From contig JBNKBE010000003.1 in NCBI GenBank assembly GCA_050287085.1, positions 111,350 through 175,349 of the forward strand: DNA of 64,000 nt. The letters run 5' to 3'. The translations under genes and the position numbers were made by a program. Under the pieces are notes generated by a model, which had not been told where the DNA came from, searched no databases, and worked only from the letters and a program-made list of their open reading frames with translations. This DNA comes from Polyangiaceae bacterium (GTDB lineage: Bacteria > Myxococcota_A > Polyangia > Polyangiales > Polyangiaceae). Position 1 is the stretch's first letter. Every line of letters starts with the position of its first letter. This document shows, piece after piece, positions 1-9,407 of this stretch.

Positions 1-3000
1 GTACTTCGCTTGCGCGTCGGCGAAAGGCGAAACGTCCTCGCCAAGGCGTGCACTCAAAGCAGCCAACAACCCAAGCAGGCGCTGACCTAGCTGCCGTTGT
101 TTCAATACCGAGCGGGCAGCCGCAAGCAGCTCGTGGGCGTGCGTCGGCGCAGCGGCGATGGCGTCCAACCACGACGACGGTTCAGGCTCAAAGTCCCAAT
201 CCTGAGCGCCCAGAGCCGCGCGAAGAGCGTCGGCCGCCACGTCGCCGGCCTGAAAGAGTGCAATGGCGGCGCCGCCGATAGCCTCGGCGAGAGCCCCCAG
301 CTCCCCTTCATTCGCATGGCCTAATACGCGGTTGGCAAGCTCGACAAACGGCTCGCGTCGCTGCGTGCGCTCTTCTGGAGCAAGACTGAATAGGGCATCA
401 AGTGCATCGCTCACGCCCTGCACATTGTCTGCCGAGGGCGCCAGACTGAGCGCCCGCATTTGCGCCTCCGCGCGCAGTCCGGCCCCCTCAGGCGTTTGAC
501 CCAGGAGCGCCGCTGCGTGCTGCAGCCAGCGCGCTTGTTCATGCGGCTTGGCGGCGCGTTCCGCAGCCGAACGAAACACCTCGGCGGCCTCGCTCTCACG
601 GCCGAGCTCCGCGGCGAGGCGCAGCAGCATGGCCAAACTGACGCCGGTGCCCGGTACCGCCAGGAACGAACGCGTTGCCCACTCAAACGCGGCCGCCGGC
701 TCCTTGCGAGAAACCAGGCGACGCGCCGCGCGCAAGGTGAGCGCGCGCTCGCCGAAGCGGCCCAAAACCGCGCCATTGGCCGCATGGTAGGCGGACTCCA
801 GCTCAGCCGTCGTCTGGGCGCTTTCGTCTACCACGGCCAGTGCCGCCACCAACCCCGGCCACAGCCGCAGCGCCGAGAGCGCCAGACCAAACGCCTCGGC
901 TCGGAAACCGTCTTGCAGCGCGAGTTCCGCCGCCGCCAAGAGCAGCGTAGCTCCGGACTCACCCCCGCGACGCTCCGCGACCTCGGCGATGAGAGCGGGC
1001 GCCTCCTGGTAGCCGCAGAAGGCGAGTAGGTCTGACGCTAGCCCCCGCTCACCCACCTCCGGGTCGAGACGTGCAGCCTGCTCCCACGCGGCCACCGCCC
1101 GCGTGCGATCGCCTGCGAGATCCCAATGCGCCGCCCCCAGCTGGCGGTAGCTTGCAGCCAGCGCCGCATCCCCACCACGCCCCGTATTCGACTGCTGAAC
1201 AGCCACCGCAACCTCGAGTGCCAGCAACTTTCCATCACTGGTCGTTGGGTTCGGCAGCTGCCGGAGCACTCGTTCAACAGCGTGGGGATCAGCGTTGCAC
1301 TCCAGCGCTCGAGCCAACGCGTCATAGGCATACTCCGTCTGACCGCGCTCATGGCGCAAGCGGGCAATGCGCAGCAACTCGGTCGCTGACTCCGTCCCGA
1401 CGACGAGAAAGCGCCGTTCCAAGACGGCGATCTGCAGAAGCTTTTCGTCTAGCGCTTCCGATAGCTGGTAAAGCGCACGCACCACGTCCTGATCGGCAAC
1501 GCCAAATACACCCACCATCCTGCGGGCGAGAGCCAACGCCGCATCAGGACGCTGCGTGCGCAGGTGCTCCAGAGCGTCGCATAAAGTCGAAACAAGCGGG
1601 CCAAGCGGCATCGGCTGGGCCAAGAACCAATCGAGCGCCGTAAGCAGGGCGTCCGGCTCCGCCAGAGCGATCAAACGCTCGATCAGCTCGCTGGCCGCAG
1701 GCGCGTCCAACAGTGAGAGGGTTGCCCAGCGACGAGCCCAATGCAGCGCTCGCTCTGCAGAGCTGTGAATCAGCGCTAGCGCACGGCACCATTCAAGGCG
1801 CAAGGGGGCGCTTTCGCAGAGGTGCTCGAGCGCGAGCTGAGCCACCCGACCGTGTGGAGGCTGAATAGCACTCAGCAGAGCCACCAAGGGTCGCAACGCG
1901 CGGGCGTCGGCGCGACACGCAAGCTCTGCCAGCTGACGCGCTCGTTCGCTGTCCGTACTATCCTGAACCAATTCCGCAGCGATTGCATAGAGCGTCGCGG
2001 CGACCGCAGGACGAGCGTGTTTGGCCAGGCGCGCAAGACCGGTCGCGCGCTCGCTCGTTTTGCCCACGAGAGAAGACAGCGCTGACGCCATGGCCGCCTC
2101 CGCAGCGGAGTGGCTGTCGCCGTGCAACAGCAGCTCCATAGCGCGAACCGGAGCGCCACGGCTGCGGTAGAGACGCGCCAAGCCACAACGGGCATGCTCC
2201 GCCTCGGTCTCGCTTTGCAACTGCTCGTGCCACCACGCCTCGAGCTGTTGATCGCTGGCATGCTGGAAGAGCAGTTGTTCGATGCGGCGCCCCCAACGCT
2301 GCGCTTCCGGATCCCGCCGCCGCATCTCCAACAAGGCGTCCAGTTTCAACGACTCGTAGCGCGGATCGAGCGGACCCTCCGCGTAGGCGCGGAGTCGTCC
2401 CAAGGGCACCTCGGGCCAAACGGTATCCGGAGACCAGGAGCCCTCCGCCTGGTCTTCGACCGCATCCCCCGAAGCGCCAGCCCCTGCGGCGGTCATCTGA
2501 GCCGTTGCCCACTCCCCGAAACTGTGATCGATCACGTCGGCCTGCGACAGCCCGACCAGGCGCTCCAAGCACACACGACGCGCAGTCGGCTCGCCCAGTC
2601 GCGCAATCCGAACGAGCACGGCGGCCACGGACTCGACGTCCGCGGCCGCATCCGCGAACCGGATCAATGTGGTGTAGACGGCATCTGAATGCGGAGCGGA
2701 AACAAGCGCCTCTTGCAACGCCCGGAGCGCGCGTCGCGGCTCTCCGACGGGCCCCGCGAGCAGGCGGGCGAGTGAAAGCAGCAGCCGAGCGCGCTCTTCG
2801 CCTCGATGTCGCTCCGCGGCCAGCTCCAATCGAGCCGCAAGTAGCTCCTGCAGGCCCGCCGGCGCCAGCAGCCCGTCGAAATTTGGAACCGGTGTCGCCC
2901 CCGCGCCGTCGTTGACGAGTTCGGCGGCGGTTGCGATGCCGTCGATATCCAGACCGCAGTCGGAGCCGAGGTCATATGCAGCGCCCAACGCTGTGGGGAC

Positions 3001-3840
3001 ATCACCCGCGCCGAGGGCTTCGCGTACACGCCGCGCATGGATCGTGGGCGCTTCGGGGTTGTTCAGCGCCGCCCGACGCCAGGTCTCGTCAGCGGCCCGA
3101 AACTCACCCGCGCCGGCCAGGCGCATCGCGACCCGCTCGGTCGCAACGAGATGACCCGGGGAAACCTCCAGAGCCATGGTCAGGGTATCGGCGGCAGCGC
3201 GAAGGTCTCCCTTGGCTTCATGCCGCCCCGAGGCTTCGATGAACGCGCGCGCGGAGGTTTCCTCCGAGACAACCGCTGGAGCCCAGCGTTGCAGGGCTCC
3301 CAGGAGTTCACACGGAAGCGGATCATTGCGATCGGCCTCGGCCGCCGCCTTGAGCGCCGCCGCTGCGCGCGGGCCGTCTTCGTCCCGAGCGCTCAGGACG
3401 GCGATCCGCAGCAGTACAGCGGCCCGAGCGGGGCCATCATGCACCCGATCCAGCAGCGGGCGCAGCGTCCCGGCGGCGAGCGAGTGTTGCCCTACGCCCG
3501 CAAACCAACCCGAAAGCTCCTCGCGCAATTCGGCATCCTCGCCCATTAGCAACGAGCGTCGCGCCAGCTTGACAGCCTCCCGAATGCGGCGGCCCTCGCT
3601 GGCCAAACGGCGCGCTACAGTCGCTGCCAAACGCCGCTCCCGTTCCACATCGCCGCTTCGACGAGCGGCTTCGAGCGCCACTTCTAGGCTCCGCAGCTCA
3701 GCCCGAGGCCCGGTTTCCCGAGGCACCGGTCCGCCCGCGACGCGGTCCAATGCGAGTGACGACAATCGCCCAGGTCCCGCCCCGGGAGCGACATCGTCGG
3801 TCGGTCGGGCTACCAACGGCCGGTGCTCGAGCTCAGACAT
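1..3840 (-). CDS. Large (>1280 aa) Ala/Arg/Leu-rich helical, probably TPR-like protein; 3' end runs off the window
   Basis: Not in the ORF track because it has no stop inside the window. ATG at 3840 (MSELEHRPLVARP...). The spot-checked lines in this frame contain no stop down to base 1, and the track lists no closed ORF in this frame. The overlapping short ORFs read as Ser/Arg-rich shadows. The TPR call rests on composition only. Confidence 0.75.
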   Translation of the reverse strand, partial: MSELEHRPLVARPTDDVAPGAGPGRLSSLALDRVAGGPVPRETGPRAELRSLEVALEAARRSGDVERERRLAATVARRLASEGRRIREAVKLARRSLLMGEDAELREELSGWFAGVGQHSLAAGTLRPLLDRVHDGPARAAVLLRIAVLSARDEDGPRAAAALKAAAEADRNDPLPCELLGALQRWAPAVVSEETSARAFIEASGRHEAKGDLRAAADTLTMALEVSPGHLVATERVAMRLAGAGEFRAADETWRRAALNNPEAPTIHARRVREALGAGDVPTALGAAYDLGSDCGLDIDGIATAAELVNDGAGATPVPNFDGLLAPAGLQELLAARLELAAERHRGEERARLLLSLARLLAGPVGEPRRALRALQEALVSAPHSDAVYTTLIRFADAAADVESVAAVLVRIARLGEPTARRVCLERLVGLSQADVIDHSFGEWATAQMTAAGAGASGDAVEDQAEGSWSPDTVWPEVPLGRLRAYAEGPLDPRYESLKLDALLEMRRRDPEAQRWGRRIEQLLFQHASDQQLEAWWHEQLQSETEAEHARCGLARLYRSRGAPVRAMELLLHGDSHSAAEAAMASALSSLVGKTSERATGLARLAKHARPAVAATLYAIAAELVQDSTDSERARQLAELACRADARALRPLVALLSAIQPPHGRVAQLALEHLCESAPLRLEWCRALALIHSSAERALHWARRWATLSLLDAPAASELIERLIALAEPDALLTALDWFLAQPMPLGPLVSTLCDALEHLRTQRPDAALALARRMVGVFGVADQDVVRALYQLSEALDEKLLQIAVLERRFLVVGTESATELLRIARLRHERGQTEYAYDALARALECNADPHAVERVLRQLPNPTTSDGKLLALEVAVAVQQSNTGRGGDAALAASYRQLGAAHWDLAGDRTRAVAAWEQAARLDPEVGERGLASDLLAFCGYQEAPALIAEVAERRGGESGATLLLAAAELALQDGFRAEAFGLALSALRLWPGLVAALAVVDESAQTTAELESAYHAANGAVLGRFGERALTLRAARRLVSRKEPAAAFEWATRSFLAVPGTGVSLAMLLRLAAELGRESEAAEVFRSAAERAAKPHEQARWLQHAAALLGQTPEGAGLRAEAQMRALSLAPSADNVQGVSDALDALFSLAPEERTQRREPFVELANRVLGHANEGELGALAEAIGGAAIALFQAGDVAADALRAALGAQDWDFEPEPSSWLDAIAAAPTHAHELLAAARSVLKQRQLGQRLLGLLAALSARLGEDVSPFADAQAKY

Positions 3841-3962
3841 CAGCGCAGCAGCCCCACTCAATGGTGCCCGAAGAAGCTATCTGCTCTGCGGGGCTTGTAC
3901 GGTTGGGGATTTTGGAACTAGCTTCGAGCATAAATTCGCAGAGGGCTCCGGAGACACAAAGC

Positions 3963-5216
3963 ATGACGCAAACACGCAGCTGTACCCGCCATTTTCCGAG
4001 GAACCCTAGGTTCCCATGGAACGCTAGGTCGTGGCTAGTTGCTGGCGCAGTCAGCGCATTGACGCTTGGCCCGCTCCACGCACGAGCCCAGTCCGCAGGC
4101 AACGGCGCGCCGCCCGCGGTGGTCGCCGCACCCGCGAGCCCGCCGCCGGCGCCCACGAAAGTCCAGGGGGATGCTCCCAGCGCTGCGCCTCCAGCTCCCA
4201 GTGCGTCTCCAGGCACCAGTGCGTCTCCAGGCACCAGTGCGTCTCCAGGCACCAGTGCGTCTCCAGGCACCAGTGCGTCTCCAGGCGCAGTGCCGTCCGC
4301 CCCGCAGCCTGCAAGCGAGGTGCCCCCAGAGCCGACGCCCGAACAACAGGCGGCCGCTGGGGAAGAACTGGCGTTGGGCGTAGAAGCCCAACGGGCCGGC
4401 GACTTTGCCGGGGCGAGCACCCATTTTCACGCCGCTCTGGTGCTGTCTCCGAGCGTCCAAGCCCTGTACGGCGCGGCGACGGCAGATGATCTCGCCGGCA
4501 ATACGGCTCAGGCGGTTCAGGAGTTCGAAGAGCTCCTGCAGCATCCCGCGTTCGGGACTCTGCAGGCCATCGAGCAGGAGACCGCGCAGGCCCGATTGAC
4601 CGTGCTGCGACAGATTCCGGCGACGCTCACCGTTCAGCTATCGCCAGCGGACGCCGTGTTGTCCGTAGACGGCGAAGTTCGAAGTGGAAAGCCTCCTTTG
4701 ATCCTCAGACTCCCGGCGGGAACCCACTCGCTCAGTGCTATCGCCGACGGCTTCGAGCCTCGGACGGTGGACGTGACGGTGCGGCCTGCCGCCACCGCTG
4801 AGGTCGCGGTCGTTCTGGAGGCATCCCCGCCACCTGCCGCCGCCGCTGCCCCCCCCGATAATCCGACCCCACGGCAACCGGCGGCACCCGAACCTGCGAG
4901 CAAGATGCCGGCCTACGTCACGCTGGGCGTGGCAGGCGCCAGCGCCGTCGTTGGGGCCGTATTCGGTTTCAAGGCGTTGGGCGCGAAAAGTGACTTTGAC
5001 GCCACGCCCACTGTTGGTCATGCCGACAGCGTCGAACGCAGCGCTCTCATCGCGGACATGGCATTTGGCGTCGCGCTAACGCTGGGGCTAACCGGGGTCA
5101 TGTTGCTCACGACCGACGAGCCCGCCCCAGACACGGCGGGCGCTGCGCGACAATTGAAGATCGCGCCGTACGTGGGACTGGACCGAGCCGGTGCCCAAGC
5201 GACATTGAACTTCTAG
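3963..5216 (+). CDS. PEGA domain-containing secreted/membrane protein (signal peptide, Pro/Ala linker, TPR-like helices, PEGA, C-terminal hydrophobic segments)
   Basis: Signal peptide ending ..HARA-Q; PEGA-like segment 'LSPADAVLSVDG...LRLPAGTHSLSAIADGFEP'; Gly-rich hydrophobic C-terminus typical of myxobacterial PEGA proteins. Start moved from 3750 to ATG 3963 to avoid overlap with the divergent gene. Confidence 0.75.
   Translation: MTQTRSCTRHFPRNPRFPWNARSWLVAGAVSALTLGPLHARAQSAGNGAPPAVVAAPASPPPAPTKVQGDAPSAAPPAPSASPGTSASPGTSASPGTSASPGTSASPGAVPSAPQPASEVPPEPTPEQQAAAGEELALGVEAQRAGDFAGASTHFHAALVLSPSVQALYGAATADDLAGNTAQAVQEFEELLQHPAFGTLQAIEQETAQARLTVLRQIPATLTVQLSPADAVLSVDGEVRSGKPPLILRLPAGTHSLSAIADGFEPRTVDVTVRPAATAEVAVVLEASPPPAAAAAPPDNPTPRQPAAPEPASKMPAYVTLGVAGASAVVGAVFGFKALGAKSDFDATPTVGHADSVERSALIADMAFGVALTLGLTGVMLLTTDEPAPDTAGAARQLKIAPYVGLDRAGAQATLNF
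4198..4286 (+). repeat. Perfect 18-bp tandem repeat (CCAGTGCGTCTCCAGGCA x ~4.9) encoding SASPGT repeats
   Basis: Read directly: four identical units plus 17 nt of a fifth, in frame within the PEGA protein linker. Confidence 0.95.
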
Positions 5217-5355
5217 TTTACGCTGGCGCCCGGCCAGCGCCGCGAGTCTCCCCGCACGGCCAGTCCCAAACTGCAACGACGTTCGATTCGCCCGCCGGCC
5301 CCATATCAAGGCCCTCTGGCGTGCGGGGCTCATTGCAGATAGAGGGTAGAGACCT

Positions 5356-6948
5356 ATGGCAAAGCTACACTGGGCTGACCAGGTCGCGAGTGAACTCATT
5401 TCGGCAAATCCCGACAAGGCTCGCTTCGTACTGGCTTCTGGGATCACGCCCTCCGGAGTCGTACACGTCGGCAATTTTCGCGAGGTCATCACAGTGGATC
5501 TCGTGGCTCGCTGCCTCAGAAGACGGGGAAAAGAGGTTCGTTTCATATTCTCCTGGGACGACTTCGACGTCTTCCGAAAGGTGCCGAAGGACCTTCCCGA
5601 GGGCGAGAACTTCGAACAACACCTGCGCAAGAGTGTCTCTGTCGTGCCCGACCCCTATGGCCAAAGCGATAGCTACGCCGGCCACTTCGTGGAACGCTTC
5701 GAAGCCGAGCTCTCTCGCGTCGGAATCGCACCCGAGTTCATTCGCCAGTCGCGGCAGTACGCGGCCGGTTGTTATGCCGACGGCATCTCTCGCGCGCTCC
5801 AGCAGCGCGAAGTGATCCGTGAAGCGCTGAACCGGCACCGCTCGAGTCCGCTGGACGACGCCTGGCTACCGCTGGCTGGATTCTGCGCGCAGTGCGAGCG
5901 CGACACGCTTACCTTCTCCGCGCCCCCCACTGCAGCTCCGCCACAAGACATCACCTATCGCTGCGATAGCTGCGGTCACGAGGACACGGTTTCGCTGCAA
6001 CAAGGAGGAACCCTGAAGCTTCCCTGGCGCATCGACTGGCCCATGCGCTGGGCGTACGAGGGCGTCGACTTCGAACCGGGCGGCAAAGACCACAGTACCG
6101 CGGGAGGCAGTTACGACACGGGCAAAGAGATAGCCAAACGCGTATATGGCGCGAAGGCCCCCCGTTACATCGGATACGAGTTCGTGCGCGCCAAAGGCCA
6201 AGGGGGAAAACTCTCCAGTTCCGCCGGCGGCGTCATCACCGTTACCGATTGCCTGGAAATATATCAGCCTGAGATTCTCCGCTGGCAGTTCACCCGTATT
6301 GTCCCTCGTTCCACCCTCCAGATTAGCTTCGACGACGACGTCATTCAAACCTACGAGGAGTTCGACCGAGCCCTGGCGAAGGCACGCAAAGTCGCCAGCG
6401 ACGACCCGGGACCTCTGGGCGTCGCGCGTCGCGGTATAGAGCTAGCATGCGTCGGGGGAGAACTCGACCTGCTCGCCTCGAGCTACGTGCTCCCGCCCTT
6501 TCGCGGCATCACCACCCTGGTACAAGCCTACGATGGTGATCTCGAACGCTCTTTCAATCGCCTCGCCGGAGGAGTTCGCAGCGACGCCGAAGCAACCTGG
6601 CTGCGCACGCGGATCGAATGCGCGTGGCATTGGGTGCAGCAGCACGCCCCGGAGGACTTTCGCTTCCTGCTCCGGAGGGAGCCCGTGCAGGCGGAGGTCA
6701 GTGGCCCCCCCCGCGACGCCCTTGAACTGCTTGTCAGCTCCCTCCGTAAACACGGGACCTCCGAACAGGAATTGATCGCGACGCTGAAGTCGATCGCTGC
6801 CCTGCAAGATCTGGATATTCAAGAGTTCTTCCGTCTGGCCTACGAGCTACTTATCGGCAAGAGCAAGGGACCAAAGCTCTCCACCCTCCTGGCCTCTCTC
6901 GAGCCAGAGCGCGCGCTGGCCCTCCTGGAGCCCACGCTATCGCGGTGA
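5356..6948 (+). CDS. lysS: Lysine--tRNA ligase, class I (LysRS1)
   Basis: N-terminal HWAD, SGITPSGVVHVGNFRE (HIGH-like), two CxxC pairs, KLPWRIDWPMRW, FEPGGKDH, KLSSS (KMSKS-like), C-terminal GPKL. Confidence 0.95.
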   Translation: MAKLHWADQVASELISANPDKARFVLASGITPSGVVHVGNFREVITVDLVARCLRRRGKEVRFIFSWDDFDVFRKVPKDLPEGENFEQHLRKSVSVVPDPYGQSDSYAGHFVERFEAELSRVGIAPEFIRQSRQYAAGCYADGISRALQQREVIREALNRHRSSPLDDAWLPLAGFCAQCERDTLTFSAPPTAAPPQDITYRCDSCGHEDTVSLQQGGTLKLPWRIDWPMRWAYEGVDFEPGGKDHSTAGGSYDTGKEIAKRVYGAKAPRYIGYEFVRAKGQGGKLSSSAGGVITVTDCLEIYQPEILRWQFTRIVPRSTLQISFDDDVIQTYEEFDRALAKARKVASDDPGPLGVARRGIELACVGGELDLLASSYVLPPFRGITTLVQAYDGDLERSFNRLAGGVRSDAEATWLRTRIECAWHWVQQHAPEDFRFLLRREPVQAEVSGPPRDALELLVSSLRKHGTSEQELIATLKSIAALQDLDIQEFFRLAYELLIGKSKGPKLSTLLASLEPERALALLEPTLSR

Positions 6949-7739
6949 CCCTCATGACCGAGTGGCATCCGACCCGGGAGTTCCGCCGCGCCGAGCACGG
7001 AGTCGCGCCAGGACCGGGTGAAGTATTGCTCGAAGTCCACGACGTCGGGCCGACCCGAAAAGACAACGCGACGGGCCCTGCGCGACAGCGCGGGCTACCC
7101 TTGGCCGGTCGTGTGACGCTCTGTGGCGCCGACACGGATCCCGCGTGGGAGAGTGCTCGTGTGATGGCGCTAGCCCTAGCGCCCGTCGAACCCCTAGCGC
7201 CCATTGGACAGAATGAAGCGGGCGGAAACGTGCTGCTGCCGGAGTCGCTACTGCTCGCCATTCCACGGAACATAGACTCCAGCGTGGCGGCCAGTCTGAT
7301 TCGCCCGATGCTCACCGCAGCGCTCTTCTTCAGGACGCTCCCGCTGCCGCCGGGGTCCAGACTGCTGCTCGGCGAAAGCCTAGCCTCGGATCCTGTCCTG
7401 AGACATCTGGCTAGGCATAGAGGCCTTTGCATGGTCGCTCCAGACAGCACTACGCCCCTGGCGGATGTCGCAATCGCCGCGGACGCAGTCGACGTCGCTC
7501 CGGCGGTGCGACAACTCGCCGCCAGCGGCTACCTGCTCTGTGCACGCCACGCCGCCAGCGAGCTCTCGACAACCTGGCTCCGCACCCTCGCCCGGCGCGA
7601 AGTCACTTTGCGCTTCGCTTCCTTCGAAGACGACGCACTGCTCCGTCCCGAGCTCCGCCGCTTAGCCGAGAGAGAGCTCCTGCCGGCACTGGAGACGCTG
7701 GAAGACGAAGCGTTCATCTCCCTCGGCAAGGCTCATTGA
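6945..7739 (+). CDS. Degenerate medium-chain dehydrogenase/quinone oxidoreductase-like protein
   Basis: 'PGPGEVLLEV..VG', 'AGRV..G', 'LLAIPRNID...AASL....LTA' and 'PGSRLLL' resemble the GroES-like/MDR fold, but no Gly-rich NAD(P) motif is visible. GTGA overlap with the lysS stop. Confidence 0.5.
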   Translation: MTLMTEWHPTREFRRAEHGVAPGPGEVLLEVHDVGPTRKDNATGPARQRGLPLAGRVTLCGADTDPAWESARVMALALAPVEPLAPIGQNEAGGNVLLPESLLLAIPRNIDSSVAASLIRPMLTAALFFRTLPLPPGSRLLLGESLASDPVLRHLARHRGLCMVAPDSTTPLADVAIAADAVDVAPAVRQLAASGYLLCARHAASELSTTWLRTLARREVTLRFASFEDDALLRPELRRLAERELLPALETLEDEAFISLGKAH

Positions 7740-7843
7740 CGCAATGCCACACCCAACGGCGGCACAGCCCCCATTATCCTTGATGGACAGCTACCCTTGA
7801 GAGACAGCGCTCGCTGCACACCGCCGAGCCACGGCCAGGGCCC

Positions 7844-8290
7844 CTACTCGCGAGCGTGAATGAGAGTACGCGGTCCCTCCTTGAAGAACACGCTGATCTT
7901 GTTGTCGTCGAGCACCTCAAAGACAAAGCCCTGCCCGAACTTCTTGTGACTCACCAGGTCATCTGTCTCAAATACCTGCTTAATTGAGTACTTGCGAAAC
8001 TCGCTCGGCTCTCGTCCTGCGCAACGTGCGTCCCACTCACCGTTGTATTCCGCTTGAGCCTTCGTTATGCGCGGCGCCTTCGGGGCCTTGCTTGGACTGG
8101 CCGAAGGGGTAGCCGCACGCGGCTGCGGCTCGGTGGCCCCCTTTGGAGCTCGGTAGTTGTGCTGCGTATGGCACGTCTGGCATTCCACTCGTTTCGGTTG
8201 TCCCTCCAGCAACGCGACGACGAGGTGAGATAGGTCCATGCGGCACTTCGTGCACCACGCGTCGACTTCACTTCCAACTTTCAACGTCAT
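7844..8290 (-). CDS. Hypothetical protein with N-terminal zinc-ribbon-like motifs (CTKC...H...CQTC...H)
   Basis: Clean ORF with two CxxC motifs and a C-terminal 'HKKFGQGFV' beta domain. ATG at 8290 lies 2 nt after the upstream stop. Confidence 0.8.
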   Translation of the reverse strand: MTLKVGSEVDAWCTKCRMDLSHLVVALLEGQPKRVECQTCHTQHNYRAPKGATEPQPRAATPSASPSKAPKAPRITKAQAEYNGEWDARCAGREPSEFRKYSIKQVFETDDLVSHKKFGQGFVFEVLDDNKISVFFKEGPRTLIHARE

Positions 8291-8292
8291 TC

Positions 8293-8793
8293 TCAACCTG
8301 CTTCTTCCGTCTTGCTAGCGTCGTGTTCTGCTGTATCGCTCGCGCTCTCGTTCGTAGGCCTGGAACGGCGAGACGAGCTACTACTATCGCTCGGTTTGAA
8401 CCGAACCTCCATCTTGATTTCGAGCGCCAACAGACTTGCCGCTCGCGCCAACTCCTCCGAAATGCTCGTTCGGCTGAGGAGCTCACGCACCTCGCGCCCC
8501 ACGGCGCGGTAGACACCTTGTTTGGTCTCGTCGAGGTGTGAAAGGGTATTGATCAATACATCTTTTGGGACCTTGAGCTCGGACGCCAATTGCCTCAAGA
8601 CTTCAGGCGCCTTCTGCCTCACCGATTGCGACTTTGCTCCCGCTTCCACCAGGCGTCTAAAGAGATCACCCAGCTCGAACTGACGCTCGGAATCAGGCGA
8701 CTGTCGGGGCCCGCTCGAGGGAGCCCCTGAGCCCTCGTCGCAGGACGGCTCAGTCGACGCTGTCGGTTTTGCCTTCGGCTCGTCAGTCGTCAC
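8293..8793 (-). CDS. Hypothetical protein (helical core, disordered termini)
   Basis: 166-aa ORF with an amphipathic helical core. GGAGG Shine-Dalgarno-like site upstream of the GTG. Confidence 0.75.
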   Translation of the reverse strand: MTTDEPKAKPTASTEPSCDEGSGAPSSGPRQSPDSERQFELGDLFRRLVEAGAKSQSVRQKAPEVLRQLASELKVPKDVLINTLSHLDETKQGVYRAVGREVRELLSRTSISEELARAASLLALEIKMEVRFKPSDSSSSSRRSRPTNESASDTAEHDASKTEEAG

Positions 8794-9371
8794 GCAAATC
8801 CTCCAGTAGGGTCCGCCGCCAGGATATCGCAGCGTCCCCGATTCGGTTGCCTCGTCGCTCCGTCCATAGCCATACCTTCATTCTTGCGCCCTACCGATTC
8901 CAGAAGGCCCCGAGTCATGGCACCCCTGCAGACGACATAACCGCTTTGCGTTCACCAGACAAAAGCACGAGCCCGTGAGGCAACAACACCACCCACGGCG
9001 GGAAAACAGGGACCTTAGGCGGTCGCCAAGGGCCGTTTGACGTTGCGGCTGCTCTCGGGTGTTCAGAGCGTCGAATACTAGCCTATCGCTACGCCAGTGT
9101 CCGGATATGCGGGAGTACTTATATGTCGTCCGAGACTGCCTTCGATGTCCGAGAGCCACATACCTGGGATCGGCCGGCTCGAATTCACGTTGCGAACTAG
9201 GGCAAGCAGCGTACCCCAAGCGCTTCTCCCCATCAACCATCGAGACTCCGACTACCGTGTGAACGGACGTTGTGCAGGAAGCGGAACGCCCCCGGCAGTA
9301 TCGAAATCGCGAACGCCAAAGGTTCAGCGTTGACAGCGAGGACCCCGTCCGCGGCCAGCACACGGCTGTCA

Positions 9372-9401
9372 TTGCACCGAGTTGAACCCACAGTCTATGC
9401 T
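9372..9401 (+). promoter_or_regulatory. Candidate sigma70 promoter for pepP (TTGCAC-N18-TATGCT)
   Basis: Read directly; the -10 box ends 6 nt before ATG 9408. Confidence 0.45.
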
Positions 9402-9407
9402 AGGTCG

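Noticed and set aside
48..3549. Many 60-200 aa ORFs on both strands
   Set aside because: They are shadow frames of the single long minus-strand gene. The same applies to most short Arg/Ser/Pro-rich ORFs across this GC-rich window.
4198..4286. Repeat as a CRISPR array
   Set aside because: The units are contiguous with no spacers, lie in frame in a CDS, and there are no cas genes.
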